Below are positions 1 to 15,800 of a DNA stretch of 64,000 nt, in pieces. Under the pieces are notes generated by a model. It was given only the letters and a program-made list of their open reading frames with translations. It was not told the DNA's origin and did no database searches. The DNA is taken from the NCBI GenBank assembly GCA_036172245.1, contig JAYWIR010000078.1, forward strand, positions 124,001 through 188,000. The letters are read 5' to 3'. The DNA comes from Raillietiella orientalis. Lineage: Eukaryota. A program made the position numbers and the translations under genes. How positions within the stretch are numbered: position 1 is the first letter of the stretch; every line of letters begins with the position of its first letter.

Positions 1-488
1 ATTGAATTTACACTGAAACAACACAAATTCTATGAATCCACCTTCAACTACGAATCTCTCCAGACTAATATGTTGACACAATTCTAATGGAAACTCTTAG
101 TTACAAAGACGATTAAAAATATGGCTATATAGGGTTATATGTAATCATATATACATACACACATAATGCTATAACAGTTACATATTGTTTACATTGTAAA
201 ATACAAAATCTTGAATCTAAGATGAAACGAATTTCGGATGCCAGGATCCTAATTCTTACGAAAATTCAAGCAAACAATACCAAAGACTGATGACTCGAAA
301 TCGGAATAGGAGAATGCATAACAAAAATGACTTTTTCGATATTGTCCACATCATGCACATTTCAGCAATGAAAGCTTATGCTAACAAGTCCATGCAAAAA
401 CAATGATGGAAGTTTCAGAAATTATATCACAGTACTTGACAGATTAATTACAGAAATACAATAAGCTGCTAAAGGAATATCTCCTTAC

Positions 489-3400
489 TTTTTTCTATAA
501 TTTGATAAACCATACTTTCTTCTTGGTTTAAAATGATCATCATAGTGCATGACATATTCATAAGGAAGCTTTTCTTGGACAGCATCATATACATGTGAAG
601 ATAAAAAAGCTCTGAAATGTAAGAAAGTGATCAAACAAGTGAAAGATCATCAAACAAGGAAATTATTTCTGTATTACGCTTGTGAATATTTTGGGCTTCT
701 TTCCATACATAATTTCTTACAAAATTTCACTTTTCTTATTCATAAAATGTTTTATATTACGCACATGCCCATAGTACATATTTAAATATCTACACATAGA
801 ACAATTGACCAAAACTACATACATACAAACTGTTAGTCTTTTAACTGGGCTCATAACGTATTAAAGCATAATAACGTCAGACAATGTTTTGCAGGTGCAA
901 GTTTTTTTTGTTCAAACAGAACTTTTCAAAAACCTATTGGAAAAAAAACCCTGAATCAGTATCTTTTTTTTACAACACTCTGAATCATAACAGCCATTTT
1001 TTCCAACAATTCTTCAGTGCTAATCCTAAAATGATGTGCAGATGCCAACTCTGTTGAGTTTCTTATGAAAAATCTGAAAATCATACTCCACAATGCTGAA
1101 ATCAAACAATACAAATGCTAAAAATCTCTTTATTCCTGCTGTGTTTTGACTAAAATTACTTCCAAGGATTTATTAGAACCTATTAAGTCGGCTGCACTTA
1201 TTAAATTTGTGCGCTACCAAACAATAACGTCTATTCATCACTTTCGAACACAAGGATTAAATAATTTTTTCATCATAAATTTATTGTATCATTACAGTTT
1301 CCAGTGTACACACGTAGACAGAAGAAAATTAACATAAAAAGAAATTAACAAATGCACAAATAAAAATGATTGATCAAAGAATAAAACACATTTGAAGAAG
1401 GAAAAACTTGGAGATTCCGTACCGAAAGAAAAAAAAAGAAAAACAATACATCGCAAGTGATATACCACAATTGATAGATAGAAATGAAAAACTAAAGGCA
1501 AAAATGTTGATGTACAAATAGACTGCTAAAATCCCACATAAAAAAATTCAAGTTTATCGACCAAATGTTTATGTTCACAAACGAGCATTCTTGTTGAGCC
1601 TTTGAAAATATGAATGGGCAGAAAATTGACAAAAAATTAATCAGCATGAGATCACAAACAATATATGCTTATGCAATACTTGACGAAGCTTCATCATCAA
1701 AACTTAAGATGTTCTAAACAGTTCCATTTGCAAATACAAAAGGTAGTTAGAATCTTCCAGTTCTCCCTTTACAACTCCTCATACTACAAAGATAGTTTCT
1801 AAACCTAGGATTCAGTTCCCAATAAAATGTGTAAACTTCCATTTTTGGTGTGTGAGGATCCTATTTTCTCTAGTACTGTGACTAAAGACTGATGGATAAT
1901 TTTTACCATATTCTCTGCATTTATCTTAAAAGCATCACCAATCTGTTTACCGTGTACCTTTTTAATGCAAAAGTGTACTGTAAACAAATGGGATTAACAA
2001 AAGGATAAAGACAAGATTCCATCCATTTGTTATAATTATCTTAGAATGAAATTGCTTATATGATGAGGTCATTTTTGTGCTTCCTTGTTTAACATCTTAG
2101 AAAACACACATAACTTTGAAACAAAAAAGCAACCCAAGCAAAGTTATCTTTCATGAACTCATTTTGGAAATGCAAACACCACATACAGAACAATGCAATA
2201 AAAATAGGCATAGGTCAATATTTCACAATTGAACTATTCCTTTTGGATGACTGCATATGAATCAAATATGAGCTGAAAATTAAATTGATTATTGTTGTAA
2301 TAAGAGAATGAATAAAACTATGGAAAAATTTTAAGAAATCTCAATCCACATACAAAGTGGGCAGGAATATGTATGACATAAAAGCAAAAAGGCACAATGG
2401 TCATTTCATTTATATGCTCAATATGGCTGACTAAACATGAATAAAGTACCATCTTTGATCATTTGTCTTCTATCTACTAACTAAAAAAGCAAGTTTTTTA
2501 CGTCAAATAGAAAACGTTTTATAATAATGGATTCCTCATGCAGACCTCAAACAATTAACGTAATTTTACATAAATCAACAACATATATTCCCGGAATACA
2601 TTATGAATTGCTTTACTATGGTTTGTCACTTCATATCTAAATTACCATTCTTTTGTTGAAAAGATGAGGTTGTGCCTGTGAAGTCTTCATTGGGACTTTT
2701 TTCAAATAAACATTCGTGTATAATATTGGAACATAATGGACACATAAATTAAGATGCTCCTATTGCAATATTGAAAAGTAAGTGGCCCAATAATACAGAA
2801 CATTTACAATAAATTTAAGACATATTTTATACGAAATTATATTTTGAATGCAAAAGTCTTCAAATGTAATTTTTAAATGTAAGCTTTTAAATAAGGTGTT
2901 TAAATAAAAATTCAGAATGCCTAAGTGCATTTAAGGAAAATTCTTATTGATTTTAAAAATAAATCATAACTTCAAGCATTCTGAATGCTGATTGGATAAC
3001 TTTAGGTAGAGGAAAAATAAAAAATGAGAAAATATATACATATAGTGCTGAATTAAGTCTTGTTTTAACTGATTTTTTTTCATGTTTGTTTGACAGTTTT
3101 AAGTGGAGTCACCACAATTTACTCCAAGGAAATTATAAATAAGCTGCATGAATGGGCAGAATCATCACCTCATTTAGATTTCAGACATCTCACATCTCAC
3201 ATCTTTCAGACATCTCAAATGTGTCTGCATTCTATCTGAATGCAGACACATTTGCTCTCCATCAACATTCTAATACATGTAAACATATGAATGGAGGCAT
3301 GTACATGTGAAAATCTAATACACAACATGGATAGACATCTGTATGCTCAATTTTTAATGATAATTTCTCAAATACAGGTTTCAAATACGGACCAATAGAA

Positions 3401-6400
3401 CAGAAATGAACAATTAATTTATTTACAATTTTAAAAAGGATTTAATTTTAGAATAATGTTTAAATAATGCAATTTGTTTTACAAAATACCAAAAAAACAC
3501 AAGCTGCAAAAGTGAAAATAAGGATGCACCTACCTTTTGATTAGTTCTTTGTGCTTTGATAATGTATCTATATCTACAAAATATTCTGACTTCTGAGGAA
3601 GTTTATTTGGATACACAACAGAATTTGTTAAAACCTGGGCTTGCTTCATTCCTTCTGCTAATACAGAATTCATGTTTACAATGTAAGCAGAAGTCTCCTG
3701 ATGCTTGGCAAGCTGGGAATTCACATTAGCTCCAGCTGGTTCTCCAAGATTTGCTACATCAGTCCTTAGAGATATTTCAGCATTAGAGAAGAAATTAAAA
3801 ACACATACACCATGAAATAAAATATGAGATTTAGTGAGAATGAACAAGAAGCTGGACTTGAAAAAAATCTCCCACTCATCAGTCAAGAAGTCTTATTATT
3901 TTAATCGATAAGCATGAAGATTTTTAGACAGAATTCAGTGAATCTCTACAGTTTAATATATTTTACAGATCAGTCTGTTACGCATTTTTCCAAGGCGACA
4001 ATAAAGAAATTTTCACGAAAAGATTTCTGTATTTTCTCATCCAAGCTTGTAGAATGTATGCATCTTTTGTGAGAAGCTAATGGCCTTAAGAAAACTTAAC
4101 ACAAGAGAAAAGTTAATAAAGTACAGCTCAATAAAAGAGTTCTGAGACAATATTTTTTGTTCTTTTCTACTGCTTTCATATATAAAGCAAGAACGAGGTG
4201 ATAATGCTTATATGATGTGTCTCCGTTCTATACTTTCAAAATGATTTGCATGTTGGGAAAATTTGCTGAAAACCTGTTAATAGCGAAAAGTTCGAGGTTC
4301 ATGGCATTTCACAGTTTTTCTTTGATTCCACATTCGAATAATGCTTTAATTATGCATTAAAAATCTTAATGCCATACATGCATGTGTCCATGGCTAGTTA
4401 AAGTTGATTTAAGCTTTAAAGAGTCTGTCAAGTCTGTCTGTCTTAAGTTCTTTTAGACGCCAATGGAAAGATTCCTTTTTGTACCCTCATTTAACATCTT
4501 TTCACAATAAGCATGTACTTATTAAGTTAAAAAATGTCCACATTGTCTAGTTTAATATTCATGAATTGCGTATATCATTGCTTCTGACTTGATTTCTAAT
4601 GAACTTCTAACTTTTAATGAATTTTGTTAATGAAGATAACTTTTCAATGAAATTTAGAGCAATCACATATGAAAAAAAAGACCTCATGCTTCTTTAATGA
4701 GTTATTAAAACAGATGTCATCAAAACAGATGTCATCAAAACCAGAATTACTGAAAACTATACATATAAAGAGCACCATAGCTTTTATGCATCAATAACCT
4801 AAGAACTTCAAATGGGTCACTTTCAGTAAATCCACAATTACATAAATAAATCAAATATCAAAATAGCTACGATTGCATCATTTCCTAACACTTAATCTAC
4901 TTCCAAAAGAATGCATACATGACTTTTTTTGAATGAATTGCGGTCTTAACAATACAAACATTGTTTATACAGAAAATGATTTATTTTTCTATATAGTAAA
5001 AATGCTTTCATGAGTGCAAAGAGTTTCAAATTTAATATTCTTTGATTAACAGTAAGATGTGTACATTTTCATCTGACCTCCAGAAAAATCATTACACAAA
5101 AAATTAGTTGATTCTTGATTGATCTGAGCTGAATGATGATGATTATCAGTTCTTATAATCGTATTCAATTGCTTATTGGAGGATACTGCAGATGAAGCTT
5201 AAATCAGAAGGGCACACTCAATACAAAGTTTCAACAAAAATGTGAAAATGGTTACATGGATGAGCTACATAAAGCTACATTAAATTTACGTTGGTAAAAG
5301 TACAACTTAAAGGAAACCACGAGCCCTATTATTTGCACACAAAATCCTTCTCAAACACAAATGAAATAATACAAGCAATAAATTAGTAAAAGACACCACA
5401 GACAGGACAGAACACAGAATTGCATGTATGAAAATCCTTAAAGGATCCTAAGAGCTATTAAAGAACATTTTTGAATACCTAATGGCTGAACAGGATCAAC
5501 TGGGTATTTTGTGAACTGAGAAACCCAAAACAAATACTTCCATACATGATGATTAGTTTCAATCAAAGTACTTTACTAAACAGAAAATTAATGATCGAAA
5601 TTACATCACAAATTCAAATCAACAAATGAATTCCATAGCACAGTTTGATGTGTGGTTCATTTAAGTGCCTGACTTTCCAAAGATACAAATGTTCGGACAT
5701 ATAAACGTAATTAATTAACAATACAATAATATACAAACCTGAATGCATACAAATACAAATTCGAGCATGATACAAATTAATGGAAAATTCTTTGAGAAGC
5801 TTTGAGGGTATATGAGCTGTATGATAAAAGTATATGTGAGAATCCTTCTCAACTCTTTGGTGCAACAAAATTATCTAATCAGTTCTCATGCTCGAATTTC
5901 TACTCAACTCTTACTTAAAATCTCTACGATCTCCAGTTTTAATGACAGAATGCCACTCATACATAGCAATATGGTTCATGCGACACTTTTGTCAGTGAAT
6001 TCTCTTGCAGTTAAGGCCCAAAGATGTGTTTTCAGATTCAAAAATAACAAAACTGCATAAGAACTATTTTTCGTTATCATGATGATTAGTTTTCTAGTCA
6101 AGTAAATGCTTTTCCAGAATGCTACTGTTCATGTGGAGTGCACATGTTAAAAGTGGATCAACAACTTGAATGAAGAAATTGTGCTTAGTTTCATAAGCAC
6201 TTTTATTTATCAAGTTTGATAAAATACTTAACTGTCAATGCGAGCAAATTGCTATAAAGAAACAGAAATAAAAACAAATGCTACATTCTGCTTTTTGCCT
6301 TCGTAATTACATGCTCACAGCTGTTTCAAGGAGAGAAAAAAAAATTATTACCAAACTCATGTTCAAGAGATTCTAGTACTTTTCATGTTTCTCATATTTA

Positions 6401-7543
6401 TTAATATGATCACTGGCCACTGTCGAGATTCTCAACCTTTCAATTAAAGATAATGATCAATTACCTTTTTCCATTTGCATAACAACTTACAGATTAGATA
6501 CTAGTTTTTCTGAGAAATAAAGGAAACTTCTCAAATAGTAATAAAACAATTTACACATCATGAAGATCAATTCAATATTAAAATATTATGCTCTGAAAAT
6601 TTTGCACATTTTTGCAGCAATACTAATATTTTGAAACTTTAATTTGTATCATCACTCAAATCCATAACAATCTTCAATATCTGCAGATAATCTACATAAT
6701 GAATGGAAATTGAGATAACTGCCCAACTGAGGAGAATGTAAGTCAGCATCCCATACATAAAAGCAATTCAAAGAGAGTAATCTTTAAATGTATCCAACGA
6801 TACAGGAAATTCTTTAGGCATGGCATATAAAACTACACTATTTTTGGACAAGAAAAATCTCTTAGGCATTTGTGATTAGTTGCAAAAACAAATTCTATAA
6901 TGCACTGTATTTTAAAGAAACATCTGAAAATGCTTCCATGCTAATCATATGCAATAAAAAATCTAAAAACCATCACCAAGTCTTTCTTTCTAAAATTAAA
7001 ATTGAAAACTGATTCTTAATGAGTTGATTCTTTGTATAAAAATACGGATTTATCAAATAAATTACTTCAAATCATACTGTTGACAAAGCTGACAGTATGG
7101 TTTAAGATAATTTTTAAAACCTTTCTTTTTTTAAACTGGTTTCTGCTACAGCAAATTTTTATTCTGTTAACGAAAATTGGTAAAGTAGTTCAAGACTTCC
7201 GGCAAAAGTATATTTTTTCTCCTTGTTTAGTTTACAGAATGCTACATATGTGTAGTACGTGCTCCACTCTATTTGTATAGTCTTTTTATGTATACTATTG
7301 TATTCCCTTAATACAGTAGATGCAATAAGCACTTTTATTAATGGGTTTATATTTATATACATACGTTTCATTTGGTGGAACTGTTGAAATAATGACATCT
7401 TGAGGATTCGTAATTTCAAGGCCCTGGGCTTTCACATATGCTCTTGTTCCATCGTCAATTACCTTTCTTTTCTTTTGAGATGCACGTAGAAATTTAAATA
7501 GTCTATCATTATGATGTTTAAACAGTGTTAGTGTCAATCTCAT
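489..7543 (-). CDS. mRpL37: 39S mitochondrial ribosomal protein L37 (mL37), 5' part; three exons resolved (7543-7365, 3764-3534, 611-489); gene continues toward or beyond the window start
   Basis: Exon1 MRLTLTLFKHHNDRLFKFLRASQKKRKVIDDGTRAYVKAQGLEITNPQDV resembles arthropod mRpL37 N-termini. Exon2 contains NSVLAEGMKQAQVLTNSVV (family motif V-L-x-E-G-x-x-Q-A-x-x-L-T). Exon3 reads RAFLSSHVYDAVQEKLP...RKYGLSNYRK. GT-AG junctions are phase-consistent (2/2). Additional small exons cannot be excluded. Confidence 0.75.
3216..3254. repeat. Perfect 17-bp inverted repeat with 5-nt loop (intronic)
   Basis: caaatgtgtctgcattc-tatct-gaatgcagacacatttg; the arms are exact reverse complements and are preceded by short cacatct/cagacatct repeats. 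Confidence 0.9.
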
Positions 7544-10500
7544 ATTCGGCTTTTAATACTGCTGTCGCCAACAAATGCTCACTTTTCTTACTTATTGCAC
7601 GAATAAGTACTTAAGAATCGATTTCAGGGGCTTCTAAGAATTCCCGATAGTTATCGCACTAAAATAACTTTTTATACAAAGCAACTCATGAGTTTCTCTA
7701 TCTCATTTCGCTATCTGGTACAAAATCTGAATAACTACACAACACTGAAACGCTGAAAACTCGCTTCTAGTGCTGTCCTATTTCTAAGACTTCACACCAC
7801 ATTATTGTACAACATAAAAAGTAATTTAACCCTAGAAAAAGGGAGCAAAATGAAACATGGAAATTGCTTTCGTCGCCAACCAGAAAATGGTAATTCCCAT
7901 AAACAGGATGCTGAACAAATAAATAGCACGGAAAACAAGAAAACTTTGCCATTCACCACGAGCGCCCGAAAATTCATTTCATTCAGGCATTCCAGGCTCT
8001 GTGAATCTTAATTTTAAAATAATTCTTTTATATGGAAGAAAACGAAATACTTCATTAAGATACACATTATGCAAAATATAAGATAAGAAATTGCAGTTTC
8101 AAATCGTTAGCTGTTGATATAAAAATCTGTGTAATGATTGGTATTCTTTCTTAGTTTTCAGAATTTCTTGAAAATGAATGTTGATTTTCAAACACAGAAT
8201 GTATTTTGCAGAATTATTTGGAAAGCAAGAATACAGCCATTTTGTGTTGGTACACGAAAAATTGTTATACTCTCCTTTTCTGTGTTTTCTTTCTCGTAAA
8301 ACTCATTAAAGAAGTACTTCTTAAGAGATTCTGCTTTGTAAAACTGATAAGTGCAAACTTGTACTCTAATTCCTATTAACACAATCGGTAAAGTCAGAGC
8401 AAATCCCTAGGATGTTGTATTTTCAGAGAGCACATAATCGAATTACATTGTAGAGCATACACATCCCAAATATTCTTTGAAGGACCATCTAATCATTCGA
8501 AGAATCCATATCCGTTTAGAAATATTTTCAGATGAACTGCACTAATTACTTTTCATTTTCAAGATTAAATGTGATCAAGAACTATCGTACACATTTTGTC
8601 AACCAGAAAAGTGATCATTTTAGAAGCAAACCCTAATTTACGAATTTCCATATCTTAAGCTACTTTTATTTCCTTTGTCTTAACTTGATTTCTTAATCAA
8701 TTGATAGTAGTGGCGCTGGCACTATCATCTGTATAGGCTAATGAATCTTTTGCAATCATAGAATCTGTGTTCGAGTCAGCTGCTGAATGTTGGAAAATGA
8801 AAAACAGAAGAGAAAAAGCACTGTGATACTCATTAACTTCCGTATATAGCTGGTTTAAACTGAAATAAGATGTCTATCAATATGTTCAACACTTTGATAA
8901 TAATTCATGGTTATATGAGTTGTTTTTGCAAATTTGTTTATGCATGGATTTATTGAGAGAGACGCAAACAGAACACCTTGAGTGTGTTTCCCATTGTTCA
9001 CATCGACTCGTCTTTCTCTTCGTGTTTAGACTTTCTTCCATTTTCAACATGTGAGAAAGATAGGCAGGAAAGAAAGGAACGAATTGAAAACCGCGCGAAC
9101 TATAATTTAAATGAGCGCGACTGTGGAAGCGATTTAATTATAAATAGTTTTACATTGTAGATAGAATTTAGTCATGACTGTATCCACCATCTTCAAATGA
9201 ATCTAATTCATTTTGATTTTCTATTTGAAATAATGTTCTGTTTTGCCTAAAAATGTTAATTTTTAAACACAGATAACAATGGCAAATATTGCTACCAAAA
9301 AACTTAAAGGTCAATTCAAAAAAAGAAAAAAAGAGGGAGATTTTTCCTTGTCGTAAAATTCGCTATTACATTAATCTATTTCATAAATCTGCTAAACTCT
9401 TTTAAAATCGCAATTGGATTACAGCCAAATCTCCCCTTCCTCCATTTTTTATTATTTTGTGGAACTTATGGCTATTATACCAATACAAAGCCACAGAATT
9501 CGCGACAATTTCCAGCTTCTAAACTTTCAGCTTTAACGTCTATAAATTGGCCATTTTTTTTTGTCAGTCTTTTTCTTACGCTTCATGGATGCTCTTATTT
9601 CACTGTTGCATCTGTAAAATTCTCTCTCTTACTCGAGTCGCTGAGTACTGGATGAGTTTAAAGGAATATGAATGATAGAAATACAAAAATAAGTTTCTTT
9701 TGATAAAGGCAATTGCATTTATAAAACATTAAACAAAGCAGTTATAGAAAAGAAGCGAAAAGTGTAAAACTCTGTATGAAACCTTATTCCAGTTGATCAA
9801 ATTTTTAAATAGAGTTCAAAAAAAAAAAAAAAATTTAGAGAAAGCAGTTTTAAGAAGTCTTGAGAACCATTACTTTCAGAGTACGTTAAAACTATAGACT
9901 TCCTACTTTTTGTTTACCAATAATATTTTTGAACTCTGTGTTGGTGATAGAACGCGTCTCCAGATAACATTTATTTTTCATGGGTCCAACAGTTTATTAC
10001 CAATTAAAAACAATGTTCTCCCATTTGCTTCAATTTAAAAAAAAAAAATGGCGAGTGGATGAAGAACTGGTGCGCTTCACACATGTTTTTCTTCCTTTTA
10101 CCAATATTTAACATTTTGGGAATCACTATTTACGACGATCTATGAGGAACCCGAGATGAAAACAGCTTACTAAGGGCACGAATTCAGGTGCCATAGTAAC
10201 ATATGTCTTGAAACCTAACTCTTCCCAAACGTAATAAGCTATGCAATGGCGAATCGCCTTCTATAGCCGGAAGTTACGGTAAATCTCATTAATTACTTTT
10301 CAGTGTGTGAGCTAGATCATCATATTATATTGTGGTTCATATCAGTCAGCCTGGTTTCTCGGGATGCAAAAAAAGACTGCACGGTCCACACACAGGTTGT
10401 CGATGTCTGCAATAAAAGTGTTACCTCTGAAGGCTTCATTATAAGAGGTTATTCCTTTTGTGCTTTTATTTTTCTTATCAGAATCTGCTTTGATTTTAAT

Positions 10501-12882
10501 TCTTTCTTCCATTTTTATACCGTCAAGCACATAAAGTTAGGTTTTTGTAGTGCAAATCTTTCATAAATGCTCATTTATTCGGTCTTCAAAGTCTTTGAGA
10601 TGCACCTTATCTGCTGTTTCTGCCACAACTTTTTTCCAATAAAAATTCTTTCAGAAAATAAATTTATTCTTAATGAAGAGAAAATTCTGGTATAACAGGA
10701 AAGAAATACGTATTAAAGGCTACTTCATCTGAAGGAATGCCTCTCTTGGAGATGGAGTAGACCTTTAATGCTTCAAACTATTCTCCATTTTGCATACCAG
10801 GAATACTTTCTAATCATTGGAAATGAAGGAATACAAAACGAATAATATCCAAAATTCAAGAAAAATAAAGATGAAAAATCAATATACCTGAAAGCATTTT
10901 GCCGAATTAAATCTTGAAAAACTCATGAATACAGTTATGAAAGGTAACTTAGGGATTGCTTGTTATTGTCTTTTCTTTTCGTTTCTGAGCAAGGAAGAAA
11001 TCTCAAGAGCTTTATCTATAAAAAGCTTGATCTGGAGGAATTCATGTTTTCGCATTGAAATTGGAGTTCATGTTTTCCATTCAAGTGTTTACTCGTGGTA
11101 TTTGTTCTTGATATATGTAGAATTTGTTTATATCGTAACATCCATATTCATAAACGAATCAGTACGTCATTTCTTTCCTAATCGAGGAATCCTGGCATTA
11201 TCCACTGTATTTAATTTAGTGACTAACACGGAGAAGAACGAAAGTGTTGGATTTTTATCTATTCGGAAGTGGCATTCTCGTTTAAAGCATAATAGTGAGC
11301 AAACACTGAAAACGTAATAAACTTTCTCAGCGATCCTCAAAATATATTTTTTACCAAATACACGGCTTGAAAAAAATTATATTTGTTCATAAATGTTAAC
11401 TCAAGAAACTAAATATTTGAGCTACTAAGCCATTAAATAGCTATCACTTCCTAGGAAGCAGTTTGGTACTCATTATGACAACTATTTAAGACTTGCTTCA
11501 AGCTGGCTTTAAGTTTTCGAAGAGAATGTTTGCTAAAAAGGGGGGAAAAAAATGTTGCATTAGTACGTTTACTTCCAAATAGTGTCCATTCGTCCTATTT
11601 TGAATACAACATTTGCTTTATCAAACACGAGAAAATGTACGCACCTATTCTGGTTTCCAGAGAAAGCTGGCTTCCGGAGAATTTTTTCTTTTGTTCCCCC
11701 ATAGAAAACCATTAGATCGCACAGTCAGAATGCTTCTTCTTCAGTAGGAACTCGCTCATTCATCTCCTTTCAGATGGAATGCATACTATAAAGCAAGAAC
11801 TGCACCTAAATTCAAGTGCATCGTTCGTCGAAAAAGCAATTTTTCCTCATGCAGGGAATTTAACAATTATGGCACATTGAAGGACTTCATCATGGATTCA
11901 TTTATCAGAACAATGATTTACTTTATAAATCTTTCACCTTTTCAGGTTTTTCTCAGAGTAAATCATCAATGTTTACTGCACATCGTAAAATGCATTCCGA
12001 AGTTCCAAATATTTAGGTAAAAATTACTCAAAAACATATTATCCCTTATCTTCCAGTTCAAAATGAGGAATTTTTTTTTTTTAACAACCACACATCACAA
12101 ACGAGATAAAGGATAGACATCAAAACTTCACAGAGGAACAAGAATAAGCATGACTCTGAGGACGGTTGAAATGTTTGTTAGGAAAAATCCAAGTTCTGCT
12201 CTGTGCTGAACGACCATTCCTAAAGAAGCAGTTCATCTCAGATCTCAGACTCGCATCTCCAAGGACACGTCATGTAACGCAATCAAGACTTTCAGACACT
12301 TTTCTCTCCTGTTGCTTTCTATTCTTCAGGTCAGAAAAGATCGAGCAGTCAACCATTACATTCTCCGATGTGACTTCAAAGAAAGGAGCTGACAATCCGA
12401 GCGTGGCTCTACGTTTGACATCCATTTGTTCAATGCGTTGGATGTATCCGAAGTTCACGGTCATTTTGTTTGAGCGATGGGGATTCACTCTGAAACACTT
12501 TTTTTTTTGTGTGTGTGACCATGGGATACTGTAGTTAAGGGAATTTAGCGGCTGACAAAGTGTGCTGAGAAACAATCCAAGACGCTTGGCCACTGGTTGA
12601 ACAGAATCTCTGCATTTCTAAAGTTCCTCAGCACCGAGTCGCTTGCAGTATCCAACACCTGTCCATCTTCAGTCACAACTGATTAACCATTTCAATGTGC
12701 GTAATCACTAAGGTTTGTATTTTATTGCAAGCCAGGCATAGGGACCACGTTCTTGCAATTATAAATTGAGGGGTCACAGCAATTTCTCTAATTCAATGCA
12801 AGAATTAAATACTGATCACGTGACTGCGTACATCCTTGTAAGTGCTGAAATGGGTAGGGGATAAGGGAAGACAGATTGGGAT

Positions 12883-15800
12883 TCAGCTGCAAAACTGTCG
12901 GTTAGACAAACATTTTCCCAGATACCAGGAATGCAACAAACGATTCTTAGGACTCAAATCATCCCAAGTAGTAGCGTTGGTTGTAAGGGGATCCTGAAAA
13001 TCACAAAGTCTTCCTCTTGAAAAAAACTATCAATAAATTACCATGGGTGGTGGCACAATGCGTACACACATCTGCTTATCTAGATGTTCCCGATAAGCTT
13101 CTTTGAAAATGAGACGATTTTCTTCTGTTAAGCAGTTTTTACAAATCAAACACTGTTTCTGCTGACAGGAGTTCTGGCATTTGCTGGATGAACACAGAGA
13201 AGGAAATACAGAAATGTCCTTGTCAGACACCTGCATATTTGATCCTGCAATGAGAACAACATGCGCTCCGATAGAAGGTTCGCATGCGTACTGAATGTGG
13301 ACCATTGCTCATTGTCCAGAAAACGAGAAAGTCCAACCAGGCTGAGAGAATGGAACAGCACCTGTTCGTACAGTAGGCGATTTGGAGGAAAATGTTCTGA
13401 CGAAAGATTTGGAGACATGTTGACCTAAATTGATTGGAAAAATGAAGACATCCCGCGTTCAGCTTCACCGACCTCCAATAAGTACAGTACTAGGTCTGTA
13501 CCAAGCAGAAAATCAAACCGAACCATCTCAAAAAATGATGCAGCTTGCTGGTTTGAATGCGCCTCGATGGTTTGAATTAAGTTTTTTTCCTTCTTTCCAA
13601 AAACCTCGCGAATAATTTCGAATGCTCTCTTCCAAATGGACTCGGGATCTTCTCCTAAGAATCTGTTATTGGAACTACCATTTTCAACAACCTGCGCTAC
13701 GAAGGTAAGCATCCACTGATTCTTTCATCGTGTATCCAAGTTCAGAATAATATTTGGAAAGGACAGGAACTTCCCAAAGGGGCCGATAATTACCCGAAAT
13801 GACATATGTTTTCGTTTCTTCTTGCTTGAAATGCTGATATTTTTCAGGGCAAAACCTTCGATAATTACATTAATAGTGCATCTAAATGAAAAACAATTAC
13901 GAGGAAATTTACAAGGAGAAGTGAGATCTCCTTTCAGGATCAAACCGCATGCATCTGATTTAAAAATGACAGAAGGCGCACTAAAGCAGGTAGAAAAGAT
14001 AAGGTACAGCCTTTCTGGATTGAAACACCATTCGTAAAAACGCAATGCCTTTGCTTCCTCCCAAAATCAAACTTCAAAAATTAGTTAATAGCCATTTCGC
14101 CACTATTCTCAATGTTCGCCAGCACGCGCACACACACAAAGCATTAGAGACAGCATTAAAGATATGGGTGGATCTATCAATCGTATCGAATACAATTAGC
14201 TCTAATGGAACATAGCGTTAACTGCAATAGTCTGACAAACCAACCGATGAATTTGTTGGATTGCATTTTTCAAGAGGCCGAAGTTAACATTCAGTAAAGA
14301 TCGACTGCAGTTCGAACGCCAACGTGACTCAGATGTCATAAAAGTTCACTGCACCGAATCTCGATAATGTAACTAATTTTCTTCTAACTCCACCATACAC
14401 TTGAACTCGCTAAAGCAAGCTACGGACATGTTTTAGATTGCATCGTATTCTCAGCTAATCAAGGCATTGAAACACATTAAACTGGAAAGAAAAATCATGA
14501 CCGATTTGCAGCAGCAGTGCTAAAGAGCAATGGAAAATGCGAAAAATCCTTTGCAGAATTTCCAGAGAGCTGATGCTGTTCTCAGATTGAGTTTCCTAAT
14601 TTATGATTCCACATGGTGTTTGCTCTACCTGAATAACACATCTCCCATGAATGCGTACACTCTCAAAGGATTCACAGACGTGATGATAACGTAAATGCCG
14701 ATGTCAAATTTATAACCTTCAATAAGGAAAGGATTGTGTACAAATTCTTGTATGAATGTAACGTTGGGAAGCGAATCAATCTCATCTGTCTTTTGTATTT
14801 GTATTCCTCGATGATTAGTTCCTTTTCTCACAAAAAGTTTCTTGGGATTTTGGAGTGCCTGGAATGATTTTCAAAAATAGCTGCATAAAGACCAAAAAAA
14901 AAAAAAAAACAAACATCAGAAACACAGTAAAAATAAAAGAAACATACATTATCTTTCAGTTGACTTTATTCTGAAAACACTTGTAAAGCAAATATGAGAC
15001 ACAATTGCATGTAGCAAACTAGAATTCATGACAGAAATCTGAAACAGATGTCAAAATCAAGTAACGTACAGCGATTGCCCATGGAATTTTCCACCAATCA
15101 CAACAAGATAGACAATGCCGAAGGAGAAGCAATAAGAAAAACTTGCGAGAAGATAAGTTTACTTCCAATCCATGACGGAGATGCTTAGAACTCATTAGTT
15201 TATCGATGAATGTCATGTGAATTGTATTCCAAAATGCGAAGCATAAATATCATAAAATCCTTAGGAAAAGGTCACACTCATCCTAAAGCTAACCGAAACG
15301 GCCCATTTCTGTACCAATAAACGCCCCCAAACTATAATACATTCATTTGAACATATAAGGCATTTTCTGCTTATAATACATTCATTTGAACATACAAGGC
15401 ATTTTGATGTTCTGCAATGTACAAGCAGCTGCTTCGGAATCCTTTGCACTTGTAGCCTTAATGAATTTCCTTTCACGAATGCTCTTCCAAAATGGGCATG
15501 GGTATTTTCGAAGGAAATCTGTCAGTTGGTAGTTAAACCTCTAGACTTCTGGTGATACTCAAGCAAAGTCTGAATCGAAGCTATATGGTTGAAATATGGT
15601 CTATCTACTTGTTTGATAATGACACGTCAACATCTACTCCTTCGCATAAAGTCCCCATGGTCAAAGAAGCAGGAACCATGTTCATCTGTTACAAAAAACG
15701 AAACCTTTATCTTGAATTCAGATGCTGATTTACGGAGATGACTTATCCCAGCAAAGCCTTCTTCCATCTGGAGAATGGATGCCGTGTGGTGTGCCCTATA

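Noticed and set aside
7159..7419. ORF overlapping mRpL37 exon 1 suggesting a frameshifted gene
   Set aside because: The AC|gtatgt donor at 7364 explains the end of coding similarity; the remainder is intron.
8700..8790. tRNA/SINE-like B box GTTCGAGTC
   Set aside because: No convincing cloverleaf, A-box spacing or terminator.
12166..12593. ORFs just downstream of the TTLL stop
   Set aside because: No homology recognised; likely 3' UTR or intergenic.
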